IMG/VR virus record: IMGVR_UViG_3300045988_176782
Span: 96,001 to 160,000 of that record
Direction: 5' to 3' (one strand)
Length of the DNA: 64,000 nucleotides
Origin: a virus
Position 1 is the first letter of the stretch, and each line of letters starts with the position of its first letter. A program made the translations under genes and the position numbers. Below, one piece after another: positions 20,731-30,264 of the stretch. The notes below the pieces were generated by a model. That model was not told where the DNA came from. It saw nothing but the letters and a program-made list of their open reading frames with translations, and did not search any database.

Positions 20731-22188
20731 ATGAAACAAGTAAATATTATTGTAAAGTCTTCTGTGCAAGAATAGGAAAAATTTATTGGAACTTATCCAG
20801 AAAAAAACCTATTAACAATTGATGCAGAAGGACAAATTATTCAAGATGATGTAATTACTCACGGTATAAAAATTGGTGATGGCGAAACCAAATGGGATGA
20901 TTTACCTTTCTTGAAGTTGCCGCCTGATATAGCGAATGATTGGAAAGTTTTAGCAGAAAGCGCGACCAATGGCCAACTTGTGACCTTACCTGATTTGAAT
21001 TTTGCATATTTATTAATTGACGCAGAAAAACTAGATAACGCACAGTATACTGAAATTGTAAATCAAATTGCTTCTCGTAATATTGGTTTATATTTAGCCG
21101 CGGCAGAATCAGAAAAATCATTATACCCTGATGGAAGTCAAATTCAAAATTATGCTCTCACAATCAACACAGACGAAGATAAACCATTCATAACTCAAGA
21201 CCCAAATGGTGCAACTGCCACAAATAGTATAGTAGATAGGTTTATTTTTAATACTTCAAATGAATCCAAGTATAATAAAATTGAAGTGAAATTAAAAGAT
21301 AGTGAAGCGCAAGAAAAAATTGAACAGCTTAAAGCTACGGTAGATGATAAATTTACTACTTTTTCTGAGCAAACTAAAAAAGATATTGAACAAGTAAAAA
21401 AAGATATTAAAGAATCCACCTATATTTTTGGTAGCAATAACATCCCCGAAGGAACCACAAGTGGCCTAATTCCTTTTCCTGAAGTAGAAAAACGAACAAA
21501 AGATTACTTCCTTTCTGGCGCAGGGACTTGGGAACAAATCATTCTTACCGCTGATAAAGTAAAATACACCACTCCGACTGGTAGCCAAACATATGTTAAA
21601 GATGTGTTAGATGATTTATTGAGCGGTGCTAGTCTAAGTTTTGCTCAAGGTAGCGCGACAGACCGTCAGGTATTTATTGTTGGCGCGACACAAGAAGGTT
21701 TGAATAATAAAAAAACTACATTAAAATATAGTCCAAGTGTGTATCTTGACTGTAAGGATAATGTACTATATGGCGGCGCTTGGAATGATATTGCTGAATT
21801 TAGGGAGTCTTTTGATTCTTATGTGGCAGGAAACTGTGTATATGAAACTGCACGAGGCAAATTGATGATTTCTGATAAGCGTATGATTCCAAATAGTTAT
21901 ATTGTATCTGACACTTATGGTTATGCTTTGGGTGAGAAAGATATTGATACAGTTCCTGTTACTATTGCCGGTAGAGTTTTGGCTTATTATTTAGAAGATA
22001 AAAATGAACTAAAAATTGGTGATGCTGTATGCAGCGGTCCAAATGGTGCAGTTTGTAAGATGAAGAAATGGGAAAAAATTTTACATCCTGAATGTATTAT
22101 TGGCTATGTAAGTGAAATTCCTCAATATGAGATTTGGGGCCAACATAATACTTCTGTGCGCAATCGTATTTGGATTAAGGTGAAGTAA
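20731..22188 (+). CDS. tail spike/appendage protein, paralogous C-terminal domain (1 in-frame TAG)
   Basis: ATG 20731 after GGAGGA SD; TAG 20773; continues into ORF 20911..22188. Confidence 0.7.
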
Positions 22189-22189
22189 T

Positions 22190-22882
22190 ATGGTAGAAAA
22201 AATTACAGCTTCTTGGTTTAATAGAATTATTGATGCCATTAAGCGTTTAAAGAATTTAGGATTTGCTTTTTCTACAGAAGGAGTCCCAAATAAAATTACC
22301 ATAAATTCAGATGGCACAACAGGAAAACTTTATACTCCTTCTGACTTTAGTGCGATTAATGCAATAATTCAACGAATGTCAACAGATGAATACTTACAGC
22401 AAACAAATAACGCTTCTTATCCTGCACAACAAATTTATTATAATACTGTTTCTGTCGGTAAGCGTGGGCAAAGACCGTTATTAGATTGGAAAAATCAATT
22501 AGATAGAACGGTTGATTCTTGGCAATATATTACTTGCTATCACGGAACTGCAAAAACGAATGGTGTAAATAGCGTTGCGTGCCAGCATGGGGCGAATAGT
22601 AATGGTGATAATACGAATGGTTATTGCCAAAGAGGATTAACTCCTTGTGACCATGGAACTAATCATGTTTGTAATACTAATTATAGTAGTCAAGGTAATA
22701 AAGGTTGGCATACTAAAACTTGCTCCAACGCCACCGTAAAAGATGGAAAAGGCAGCAACACCAATGGTATGTATTCCCCTAACGGCACAAATAGTAACGG
22801 TACTTTTGCTAACACTTGTCCTCACGGAGATTGTCAGCAAGGTATCGATATTAACATTCGTTATAAAACAACACAAGGATAA
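22190..22882 (+). CDS. Cys/His-repeat protein (candidate radical-SAM substrate)
   Basis: ORF track; starts 2 nt after the previous stop; C-terminal 110 aa carry 8 Cys in C-x-[HRQ]-G repeats (CYHG, CQHG, CQRG, CDHG, CPHG, CQQG) within N/S/T/G-rich spacers. Confidence 0.75.
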   Translation: MVEKITASWFNRIIDAIKRLKNLGFAFSTEGVPNKITINSDGTTGKLYTPSDFSAINAIIQRMSTDEYLQQTNNASYPAQQIYYNTVSVGKRGQRPLLDWKNQLDRTVDSWQYITCYHGTAKTNGVNSVACQHGANSNGDNTNGYCQRGLTPCDHGTNHVCNTNYSSQGNKGWHTKTCSNATVKDGKGSNTNGMYSPNGTNSNGTFANTCPHGDCQQGIDINIRYKTTQG

Positions 22883-22891
22883 AAGAAAAGA

Positions 22892-24232
22892 ATGAATAAA
22901 AATTTAAAGCATACTGTCTTAACTTTATTTCCTTCCGCAGTTTGTAATTTAAACTGTACATACTGCAACATTAGTAAAAATAAGGCTCTAATTGAAATTG
23001 ATAAAGAATTGAAAGATTTCTTTAACGACCCAGATTATATAATGCAACGAGTGCATAAGTATTTTGAACCTTGTGCTCTTACCACATTAGAAACCTGGGG
23101 CGGCGAACCTTTTCTCCATATGGATAGAATATATAAGGTATTGCCGCGACTTGTGGAAGATTATCCATATTTACAGAATTTCTTCAGTTCTACAAATTTT
23201 TCTTTTTCTACTTGGATAGAACAATTTTTTGGCCTGATGCACCAATTTAAGCAATGGCCAGACCGTCAATTTAATTACAAACTCCAAATTTCTTGTGATG
23301 GCCCAACTGAATTAAACGATTTGGGGCGCGGAAAAGGCACAACTTTAAAGTGCTTGGAAAATTATGCCAGATTGGTTGAGTCTTTAGAAAAGAGATTGCC
23401 TGCTAATATCAATCTTTCTATTGTTCCTAAGCCTACTTTAAATTTAGAAACAGTTCGTTTATTAAATACAAAAGAAAAAATTATAGAATATTACCAATTC
23501 TTTGAAGATTGTTTTATTAATTTAGTTAATAAGTTGGAATTTAATAATGTTCAAGCTTACACAAACACTCCGAATATGGGCGTTCCTTGTCCAGCAACAA
23601 AAGAGGACGGGTTATATTTTGCTAAGTTTGCGAAAAATTGTGCAGAAGTAAGCAAACACGCAAAGAAATACTTCAAATATTATACTAATGTGCGACCTTT
23701 TTCCATATATCAAAAACAAACGAAAAACCTAACTTTCTATCAATCCTGTATTGGTTGTGGTATGGGATATTCTAATATTGGACTTTTGCCGCAAGACAAA
23801 ATTTCAGTATGTAATGAAGGATTTGTTCAAACTGTAAAACAATATAATGAACTACGCTCTCAAGAGCAAGAAAGCGGCACAATTGAAAAGAAAACTCGTC
23901 AATCAAAAAATCAACATCATCTATGCTATAGTGATGATGAATATGAGAAGTTTGAAGAACAAATGTGTAATTTCTGTTATACTGCAAATACATCAGTTTT
24001 GGTTGGTTTATGCAATCAAATCACTCTTTTGGCTTTAAGCGGCCAGATTGATAAACAATATATACAGCAATCTAATGCTCTTCACGCCGCACAAGTTTTA
24101 GCAGGAGAATACTTTTGTTTAAAAGATAATTATGACATTACAGGATCTTTTTCTCTTGTTCCTGTAGGGTTAATTCGTTTATTATTAAATGGTGCTTTGC
24201 CATATTTGGAGAATAATGATGAAAACATTTAA
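22892..24232 (+). CDS. radical SAM enzyme with C-terminal Cys clusters (SPASM-like)
   Basis: ORF track; N-terminal CNLNCTYC (CxxxCxxC); later clusters CIGCG...C and CNFC...C. Confidence 0.85.
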   Translation: MNKNLKHTVLTLFPSAVCNLNCTYCNISKNKALIEIDKELKDFFNDPDYIMQRVHKYFEPCALTTLETWGGEPFLHMDRIYKVLPRLVEDYPYLQNFFSSTNFSFSTWIEQFFGLMHQFKQWPDRQFNYKLQISCDGPTELNDLGRGKGTTLKCLENYARLVESLEKRLPANINLSIVPKPTLNLETVRLLNTKEKIIEYYQFFEDCFINLVNKLEFNNVQAYTNTPNMGVPCPATKEDGLYFAKFAKNCAEVSKHAKKYFKYYTNVRPFSIYQKQTKNLTFYQSCIGCGMGYSNIGLLPQDKISVCNEGFVQTVKQYNELRSQEQESGTIEKKTRQSKNQHHLCYSDDEYEKFEEQMCNFCYTANTSVLVGLCNQITLLALSGQIDKQYIQQSNALHAAQVLAGEYFCLKDNYDITGSFSLVPVGLIRLLLNGALPYLENNDENI

Positions 24233-25616
24233 AGAAGAAAATAACGATTTTTTAAAGTTTTTGTTAAATGAAAGGTTTTTTAAGAATTGGAAGAAACCTT
24301 CAAATAATGGCAAAGACTTACATTCTATTTCTCAAATTGAGTTTTATATTACTAACCAGTGTAATCAACATTGTGAGTATTGTTATTTATATAATAATTA
24401 CAATATCTATCCAAAAGAAGCCACAGAAGCAAAAACAATTCTTAATAATCTAACTATGGTTTTTAATTGGCTTATTGAAAATAATTATTATATTCAAACT
24501 ATTGATTATTTTTCTGGCGAAATTTGGCATACTCAATTAGGATTGGACATTTTGGATTTGACCTTTAAAGCTTTACAAAATGGTTTGCAAGTTAAACGAA
24601 TAATGATTCCTACAAATGGCTCATTTATTATGAATGATGCGGTTAAACAGAAAATTCAAAACTATATCAATGCTTTCCAAGACCTTGGGACAAGTCTTCA
24701 ACTGTCTTTTTCCATTGATGGTAAAGTAATTGACAACTTGAATCGTCCACGTAATGACAGTTCTAAATTATATACTGACGAATTTTATAATAAAGTATTT
24801 GATTTTGCTTATCATAATGATTTTTTCTTCCATCCAATGGTTGCTGCTTATTCTATTGAAAAATGGAAAGAAAACTTCTATTGGTGGAAAGAAATGTGCC
24901 AAAAATATAATTGGTCAACTCATTATCGTGTAATGATGTTGGAAGTGCGCAATGATGACTGGACGGAAGAAAAGATTAAAACTTATTGTGATTTTCTTAC
25001 ATTTTTAATGGATGATTTTAGAGAAGAAAATCCTCAATATGCTTCAATAGAAAATTTTTCTGAATTTATCTTTGGTAAATATATAACACTAGAAGAAAAC
25101 TATACTTACCTTCCTTGGGTACTTGCGCTAACTTCCGATGTTTTTTCTTGTACAATACCGTGTCAATTATGTATTCGTTTAGGCGATTTAGCTTTGGCAC
25201 CTTGCCATAGAACAGCATACGATAAATTTATCTATGGCTATTTTCAAACTCAAAATGGTCGCATCGTAGACATTAAGGAAAATAATTTTTATCTTGCTGA
25301 ACGATTTCTTTATATGAGCAATATTTACGCTACTCCTCATTGCGATACTTGTGTGTATAATAAGTTCTGTATAAAGGGATGCGCAGGTTCACAGTATGAA
25401 AATACTGGAGATTTATTCTTCCCTATTCCCTCTGTATGCAAATTAGAAAAAGCAAAAATTAATACAGCAATTAACTATTATCAAAAGAATGGCATAATTG
25501 ATTACTACAAAAATCTTCCTATTGACCATTTTATGTATTCAAGTGCCTCAAGACTTTTAGGAGAAATTTATGCTATTCAAAAAGAAACCGAAACTTATTC
25601 AATCTCTAACTCTTGA
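24216..25616 (+). CDS. radical SAM/SPASM enzyme
   Basis: ORF track frame 24189..; GGAG SD before ATG 24216; CNQHCEYC (CxxxCxxC); C-terminal CDTCVYNKFCIKGCAG is SPASM-like. Confidence 0.85.
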   Translation: MMKTFKEENNDFLKFLLNERFFKNWKKPSNNGKDLHSISQIEFYITNQCNQHCEYCYLYNNYNIYPKEATEAKTILNNLTMVFNWLIENNYYIQTIDYFSGEIWHTQLGLDILDLTFKALQNGLQVKRIMIPTNGSFIMNDAVKQKIQNYINAFQDLGTSLQLSFSIDGKVIDNLNRPRNDSSKLYTDEFYNKVFDFAYHNDFFFHPMVAAYSIEKWKENFYWWKEMCQKYNWSTHYRVMMLEVRNDDWTEEKIKTYCDFLTFLMDDFREENPQYASIENFSEFIFGKYITLEENYTYLPWVLALTSDVFSCTIPCQLCIRLGDLALAPCHRTAYDKFIYGYFQTQNGRIVDIKENNFYLAERFLYMSNIYATPHCDTCVYNKFCIKGCAGSQYENTGDLFFPIPSVCKLEKAKINTAINYYQKNGIIDYYKNLPIDHFMYSSASRLLGEIYAIQKETETYSISNS

Positions 25617-25809
25617 ACAATCTTGTCAAGGACAATTAACTACTACGGCGGAAAAAGTAGATATATATAGTGATGATACTGTTGTTCGTTATTATACATA
25701 TTCTATTCGTCATTTTGATAATATTGATGGCATTACGCCGCTTAATTATGTAGGACAAAAAATTTATAATCAGTTAACTGGGTATAAAGAGGAATTGACG
25801 AATTCCTAA
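25570..25809 (+). CDS. hypothetical protein
   Basis: ORF track; overlaps the end of the rSAM gene. Confidence 0.45.
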   Translation: MLFKKKPKLIQSLTLEQSCQGQLTTTAEKVDIYSDDTVVRYYTYSIRHFDNIDGITPLNYVGQKIYNQLTGYKEELTNS

Positions 25810-25970
25810 AATCAAAATAGATGAGACGATATTATAGCAGTTAAGTTTATTATCCAATTCACGGGAAAGCGCTTAACAGTCGCAGAAGAAAAAATAAAAC
25901 TTCTCTTCTAGTGTCGGCTCAATTGATTTATCTACGGCGATTTTAACAGGTGGTAATTCCATTACGAATT

Positions 25971-26001
25971 AAGAGGACAATTTTGTCCTCTTATTTTTTT
26001 T
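25971..26001 (+). terminator. intrinsic terminator
   Basis: AAGAGGACAA / TTGTCCTCTT hairpin then T8. Confidence 0.85.
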
Positions 26002-26054
26002 ACAAAAAAGAAAATTTCGTGTATAATACAATTAACAAAGAAAGGAGCAAAGAT

Positions 26055-26369
26055 ATGAGACAAAAACATATAATTGAATTAGAACACGAAGATTTTCAAT
26101 ATTTATTAGAACATTGCGCAGAAAAGCTCTGGATATCTAAATCAAATAAAACATATTATCTTGTTATTCGCGGCTCTGAGCTGTGTCCGCATTGTCATCA
26201 AAGGACAGGTTATGGTGTTGTAGGAGAATATAATAAAATTGTTTGTCCGCAATGTGGTTTTGAGAGAACATTAATTGTATTAGATGATGGGAATGCAAAC
26301 GTAAATTTAGACCACATAAAGGCAAGTTCTTTGCTTATTTTCAAAGACAAAGGAGTACGTCATGAATGA
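26055..26369 (+). CDS. zinc-ribbon protein
   Basis: ORF track frame; AAAGGAG SD before ATG 26055; CPHC...CPQC. Confidence 0.6.
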   Translation: MRQKHIIELEHEDFQYLLEHCAEKLWISKSNKTYYLVIRGSELCPHCHQRTGYGVVGEYNKIVCPQCGFERTLIVLDDGNANVNLDHIKASSLLIFKDKGVRHE

Positions 26370-26817
26370 TTACCATATTACATTAAAACACGAAGATTTT
26401 ATGTATCTTCTTAAACATTGTACTTATCATCCAAAAGACAACTTGCAGCCTATAGTCGTCCTTGATAGTAATATTTGTCCAAATTGTGGGACTGAAGATG
26501 CCTGGCATTATGATAATAAGTCATTAACTGTCTCTTGCGCTTCTTGTGGGCATAACCGTACTAATATGTATCTTTCTGGAAGTGCGGTTCCCAGTAAAGA
26601 GGGCGGTGGCGGTGAAGTTGGATGGATGATTCCATCGGTAATTTTTCTTGATGAAAACGATGAAAAATATTTTAAGAAAATTTGTAAAAAAGCACGAAGG
26701 GAAGTATTTGTATGGAAAATCAAAAACCAACCCTCATTGTTATGGTCGGAGTTCCGGGAAGTGGTAAAGATTACCAAATTGAAAATAGTGAATTTCTTTA
26801 CGCAGATGGAGAAGTAA
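26362..26817 (+). CDS. zinc-ribbon protein, paralog of 26055..26369
   Basis: ORF track; shares the N-terminal HEDFxYLLxHC motif and CPNC...CASC; the 3' end overlaps the next gene by ~100 nt, so the true end is uncertain. Confidence 0.5.
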   Translation: MNDYHITLKHEDFMYLLKHCTYHPKDNLQPIVVLDSNICPNCGTEDAWHYDNKSLTVSCASCGHNRTNMYLSGSAVPSKEGGGGEVGWMIPSVIFLDENDEKYFKKICKKARREVFVWKIKNQPSLLWSEFREVVKITKLKIVNFFTQMEK

Positions 26818-27245
26818 AAAGAGAGGTCATAAGTCGCGACCTCGTGCGGTATGGGATGGTAAGGGAAGATGAAGAATATTTTTGTCGTGAAAAGGAAGTT
26901 TTTGAACAATATATTCTTCAAATTTCTAATGCTCTTTCAAATAATAAAATTGTAATTGCAAATGCCACTCAAGCTAATTATGGTAGCCGCAAAAAGCTTC
27001 TCCACGCTGTTGATGAAAAGTTTGGTCGCGATTACAATATTGTTATGTATTGTATTATTTGCGATTATGAAACTGCAGACCGTCGTAATAAGCAACGTGA
27101 AGGTAGAGCTGTTGTACCAAGCAAGGCTATGATGGAAATGTTTAATAATTTTTCTGTGCCAAATCTTAAAGAAGATGATAGGATTGAAAAAATTATCATT
27201 GAATGTTATGGTGCGTGTAGCATTATGCGGCGACAGAAAATTTAA
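26712..27245 (+). CDS. P-loop polynucleotide-kinase-like protein
   Basis: ORF track; GVPGSGKD Walker A, ISRDLVR, lid-like RRNKQREGRAVVP (resembles the T4 Pnk kinase domain, recalled). Confidence 0.7.
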   Translation: MENQKPTLIVMVGVPGSGKDYQIENSEFLYADGEVKREVISRDLVRYGMVREDEEYFCREKEVFEQYILQISNALSNNKIVIANATQANYGSRKKLLHAVDEKFGRDYNIVMYCIICDYETADRRNKQREGRAVVPSKAMMEMFNNFSVPNLKEDDRIEKIIIECYGACSIMRRQKI

Positions 27246-27263
27246 GGAAAGGAGAAAGAAGAT

Positions 27264-28055
27264 ATGAATCAAGTGTATTTTTCCTCGGATTTTCATCTGG
27301 GGCATTTGCGCGAATTTCTGTTTAAGCCTCGTGGTTTTTCTTGTATCGAAGAACACGACCGCAATATTATTGCAAATATCAATAAGGTTGTCGCAGAAGA
27401 CGATATTCTTTATATTCTTGGCGACCTTATGTTAAACGATAACGACAAGGGAATAGAATATCTAAAGCAAATTAAATGCCAAGATGTCCGTGTTGTGCTT
27501 GGCAATCACGATACGGATAATCGTAAGACTTTGTATGAATCGCTTCCTAACTTTACTATTCTTGGTTATGCTCATCCATTTAAATATAAGAAGTGGCGTT
27601 TTATGCTTTCTCATTATCCAATGGCTACAGCAAATTATGATGATGATGAAAAGCCTTATTTGAAGGTGCATAATATTTGCGGCCATAGCCATACCAAGAA
27701 TCGCTTTGACGATAAGACTGGCTCTTATCATGTGGAGTTGGATGCGCACGAAAATTTCCCTGTGAGTATTGATGAAATTATTTCTGATATTAAAAATCGT
27801 AAAGAAATTCAAAAAGTAGATACAATTATCCCTTACGAATGTTATACTACACACGAACACAGCCCTTTCCGTTTTGATGGTAATTGTCCTCATTGTGGCC
27901 AGCCACTTATGATTAATAGATTAAATCTACACGATATGGAAGTATGCCTTGACTCTTATAAGGGATATTCTTATCGTTTTAATGGACATTTTGTATGTGA
28001 AAATTGCGGAAAAGAAGTTAATGAATTTCAAACTTATTGGGGTGAGTTAAAGTGA
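27264..28055 (+). CDS. calcineurin-like metallophosphoesterase with C-terminal zinc ribbon
   Basis: ORF track; DFHLGH, GDL, GNHD, GHSH motifs in order; CPHC...CENC tail. Confidence 0.85.
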   Translation: MNQVYFSSDFHLGHLREFLFKPRGFSCIEEHDRNIIANINKVVAEDDILYILGDLMLNDNDKGIEYLKQIKCQDVRVVLGNHDTDNRKTLYESLPNFTILGYAHPFKYKKWRFMLSHYPMATANYDDDEKPYLKVHNICGHSHTKNRFDDKTGSYHVELDAHENFPVSIDEIISDIKNRKEIQKVDTIIPYECYTTHEHSPFRFDGNCPHCGQPLMINRLNLHDMEVCLDSYKGYSYRFNGHFVCENCGKEVNEFQTYWGELK

Positions 28056-28342
28056 AGCGGCGAAAGAAAACGGTTGGAACAAAAGTTTCTTCAGAAATTA
28101 AAACGCTATATAATAATATTATTAGAACCCATATTGTTTTATTGCACAAAACGAATAAATATGAATATTATTTTAGTCAAATATTTAATGATGCGCAATT
28201 ATTAGAACTATTAAGCTTATTTAACAAGCATGGATTCCAATCCACCGCGACTCGTATTGCGTCAGTTCAAGGAACAAGTTGTAATAATTGGTTATTTCAC
28301 ATTACTTGGGAGAAAGGAAAAATTGATTTATGCTTAGAATGA
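28052..28342 (+). CDS. small protein, tandem paralog family member 1
   Basis: ORF track; shares the C-terminal L..L...GF/Y motif. Confidence 0.55.
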   Translation: MKRRKKTVGTKVSSEIKTLYNNIIRTHIVLLHKTNKYEYYFSQIFNDAQLLELLSLFNKHGFQSTATRIASVQGTSCNNWLFHITWEKGKIDLCLE

Positions 28343-28623
28343 CTGCACATGACGCTTATAATGAAGCAACGAGACAAGAAGATGGTTTTTTCTCTACTTT
28401 ATATGAAGCTATTCAAGACAAAATTCTTGAAGCTACAAAAAAGAAGCAATTGCAAATGACTACACCTATTTATGCTTCTTTGGAAGAACTTTTTGAAGCT
28501 TTAAATATGCTTGAAAATGATGGATTTCAAACAACTGTTAGAATTATTAAATACGATGAAAAGCAACTTCCATATGTTGAAACAAGTGTTAGCGTTAATT
28601 GGTGTAATGAATTCCGTGATTAA
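28330..28623 (+). CDS. small protein, tandem paralog family member 2
   Basis: ORF track; TAHDAYNEA...LEELFEALNMLENDGFQTTV. Confidence 0.55.
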   Translation: MLRMTAHDAYNEATRQEDGFFSTLYEAIQDKILEATKKKQLQMTTPIYASLEELFEALNMLENDGFQTTVRIIKYDEKQLPYVETSVSVNWCNEFRD

Positions 28624-28643
28624 AACAAATTGGAGATTAATCT

Positions 28644-28916
28644 ATGAAACTACCAACAGCACAAGAAGCACGGGCGTGGAGTAATTATAAGTATGACGAC
28701 CCGTTTATGTATATCTTAACAAAAATTTATGATGCGATTTCTAAACATCAGACTTCTACATTAATTATTTTTTCAAATAAATACGCAAATGATGAATTAA
28801 TGACACTTTATGTTGCTAATTTAGAACACAATGGTTATTCTGCATTTTACAGTAAATGGGAAGGTTTATATCACTTATATATTAATTGGTATGGAGAAGA
28901 AAATGATACAATTTAA
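28644..28916 (+). CDS. small protein, tandem paralog family member 3
   Basis: ORF track; PTAQEARAWS...LMTLYVANLEHNGYSAF. Confidence 0.55.
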   Translation: MKLPTAQEARAWSNYKYDDPFMYILTKIYDAISKHQTSTLIIFSNKYANDELMTLYVANLEHNGYSAFYSKWEGLYHLYINWYGEENDTI

Positions 28917-29169
28917 ACCAGCGATATATGCTCGTCAAGCAACATTAGAAGCCTTAAAAGTTGAAGAACTTGCAAAAGAAATTCAAAACAATATTAGTGC
29001 TGCTGCGAAAGCGGGCCAATGGAAAACCTGTTGTATTAATCCTAATTTTGGAACTGAAGTATGGATTTATCTAAGACGCTGTTTAGAGGCCCAAGATTAC
29101 ATTGTTGGTGAAATTGCAAAAGATTATGAACTTGTTGGTCTTGAAATTAAATGGATGGTATATAAATGA
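28903..29169 (+). CDS. small protein, tandem paralog family member 4
   Basis: ORF track frame 28831..; GGAGAAG SD before ATG 28903. Confidence 0.5.
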   Translation: MIQFKPAIYARQATLEALKVEELAKEIQNNISAAAKAGQWKTCCINPNFGTEVWIYLRRCLEAQDYIVGEIAKDYELVGLEIKWMVYK

Positions 29170-29474
29170 ATTGCATTGAAGAAATTTTGGGCCACGATTT
29201 AATGACTGCCGATGAGGCTTATCATTCCACAATATTTGATTGTAGTTTAGAAACATTAATATCCATTGTAGATAAACAAATTCGCGCAGCAGTAGAAATG
29301 CGGTTAGATCATGTTAAAATTGATATGTCAAACTTTTATAGCTGTGAAATTGAAAGGATGTATTATATACTTAATGAATATGGTTATGAAGTAAAAACAG
29401 ATAGTTCTTACAATCTTATTATTACTTGGAATAATAAACATTTTGACAAGGATTATGGTGAAGATGATGATTAA
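29166..29474 (+). CDS. small protein, tandem paralog family member 5
   Basis: ORF track; MTADEAYHS...IERMYYILNEYGYEV. Confidence 0.55.
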   Translation: MNCIEEILGHDLMTADEAYHSTIFDCSLETLISIVDKQIRAAVEMRLDHVKIDMSNFYSCEIERMYYILNEYGYEVKTDSSYNLIITWNNKHFDKDYGEDDD

Positions 29475-29718
29475 TGCAGACCAAGCAAGAGAATTAACCA
29501 AAGAAAGAAAAACTGTAGAACTTGACCGCTTTTTAAAAGCAGTAGAGGAAGCAGTTATCGCTACTGCAAACATAGGCGGACATATCTGTTATGTGGATAT
29601 TAATAAATATGAGTATAATCTTATTAGTTATGCGCCAGAAGTATTGCAAAATTTAGGTTATGAAGCAAATTTTGAATCTGATCATCAACAAACGACTTGC
29701 TTGGTGGTGAAGTGGTAA
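29464..29718 (+). CDS. small protein, tandem paralog family member 6
   Basis: ORF track frame 29443..; ATGATG at 29464; INADQAREL...VLQNLGYEA. Confidence 0.5.
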   Translation: MMINADQARELTKERKTVELDRFLKAVEEAVIATANIGGHICYVDINKYEYNLISYAPEVLQNLGYEANFESDHQQTTCLVVKW

Positions 29719-29924
29719 TGGATAGCTTAGATAAGCGCTTTTCTAAAGAAGAATTGAATTATCTTGATGTTTTTCTTTCAGACAAAAATAGTCCTGAAGA
29801 AATTCTTCAGAAACTTAAAGAACTTAGCATTTCTCCCCTAAATCCTAATGGTACTTTTAAAACTTTTTTCACTCTCACTGAAGAAATTATTAATGCTTTT
29901 CATCATAATAAAATTGACAATTAA
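29718..29924 (+). CDS. hypothetical protein
   Basis: ORF track frame 29697..; ATG 29718 overlaps the previous stop. Confidence 0.5.
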   Translation: MDSLDKRFSKEELNYLDVFLSDKNSPEEILQKLKELSISPLNPNGTFKTFFTLTEEIINAFHHNKIDN

Positions 29925-29942
29925 TAAATTTTCATATATAAT
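29914..29942 (+). promoter_or_regulatory. sigma70/SigA-type promoter
   Basis: TTGACA-17-TATAAT. Confidence 0.65.
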
Positions 29943-29965
29943 TTTCTTGTAAGGAGTTGAGAGTT

Positions 29966-30124
29966 ATGACTTATGAAGAATTTGTCTTATGTAAAGTGCC
30001 AAATATTATTTCTTGTGAAAATTGCCCATATTATTCAAGTATGTGTCCACCTGTTAATTGTTTAAATGATTTTGAAAGTGAAGGCATAATTTGTGAAAGG
30101 TGGCTTGCTTTAAATGAAAAATGA
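29966..30124 (+). CDS. small Cys-rich protein (52 aa)
   Basis: AAGGAG SD then ATG 29966; below the ORF-track size cut-off. Confidence 0.4.
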   Translation: MTYEEFVLCKVPNIISCENCPYYSSMCPPVNCLNDFESEGIICERWLALNEK

Positions 30125-30264
30125 AAAACTACCTGTAAAGCCCTGGGAAGAAGTTTATCAAAAAATGCGGCGGCAATGGCCAGAAGGTTTTAAGCCCGCT
30201 ACAAAAATTGAAACCGATAAACGCAAAAAGCCACCCAAGCACAAGAAAAGAGAGGAAGAAAATT

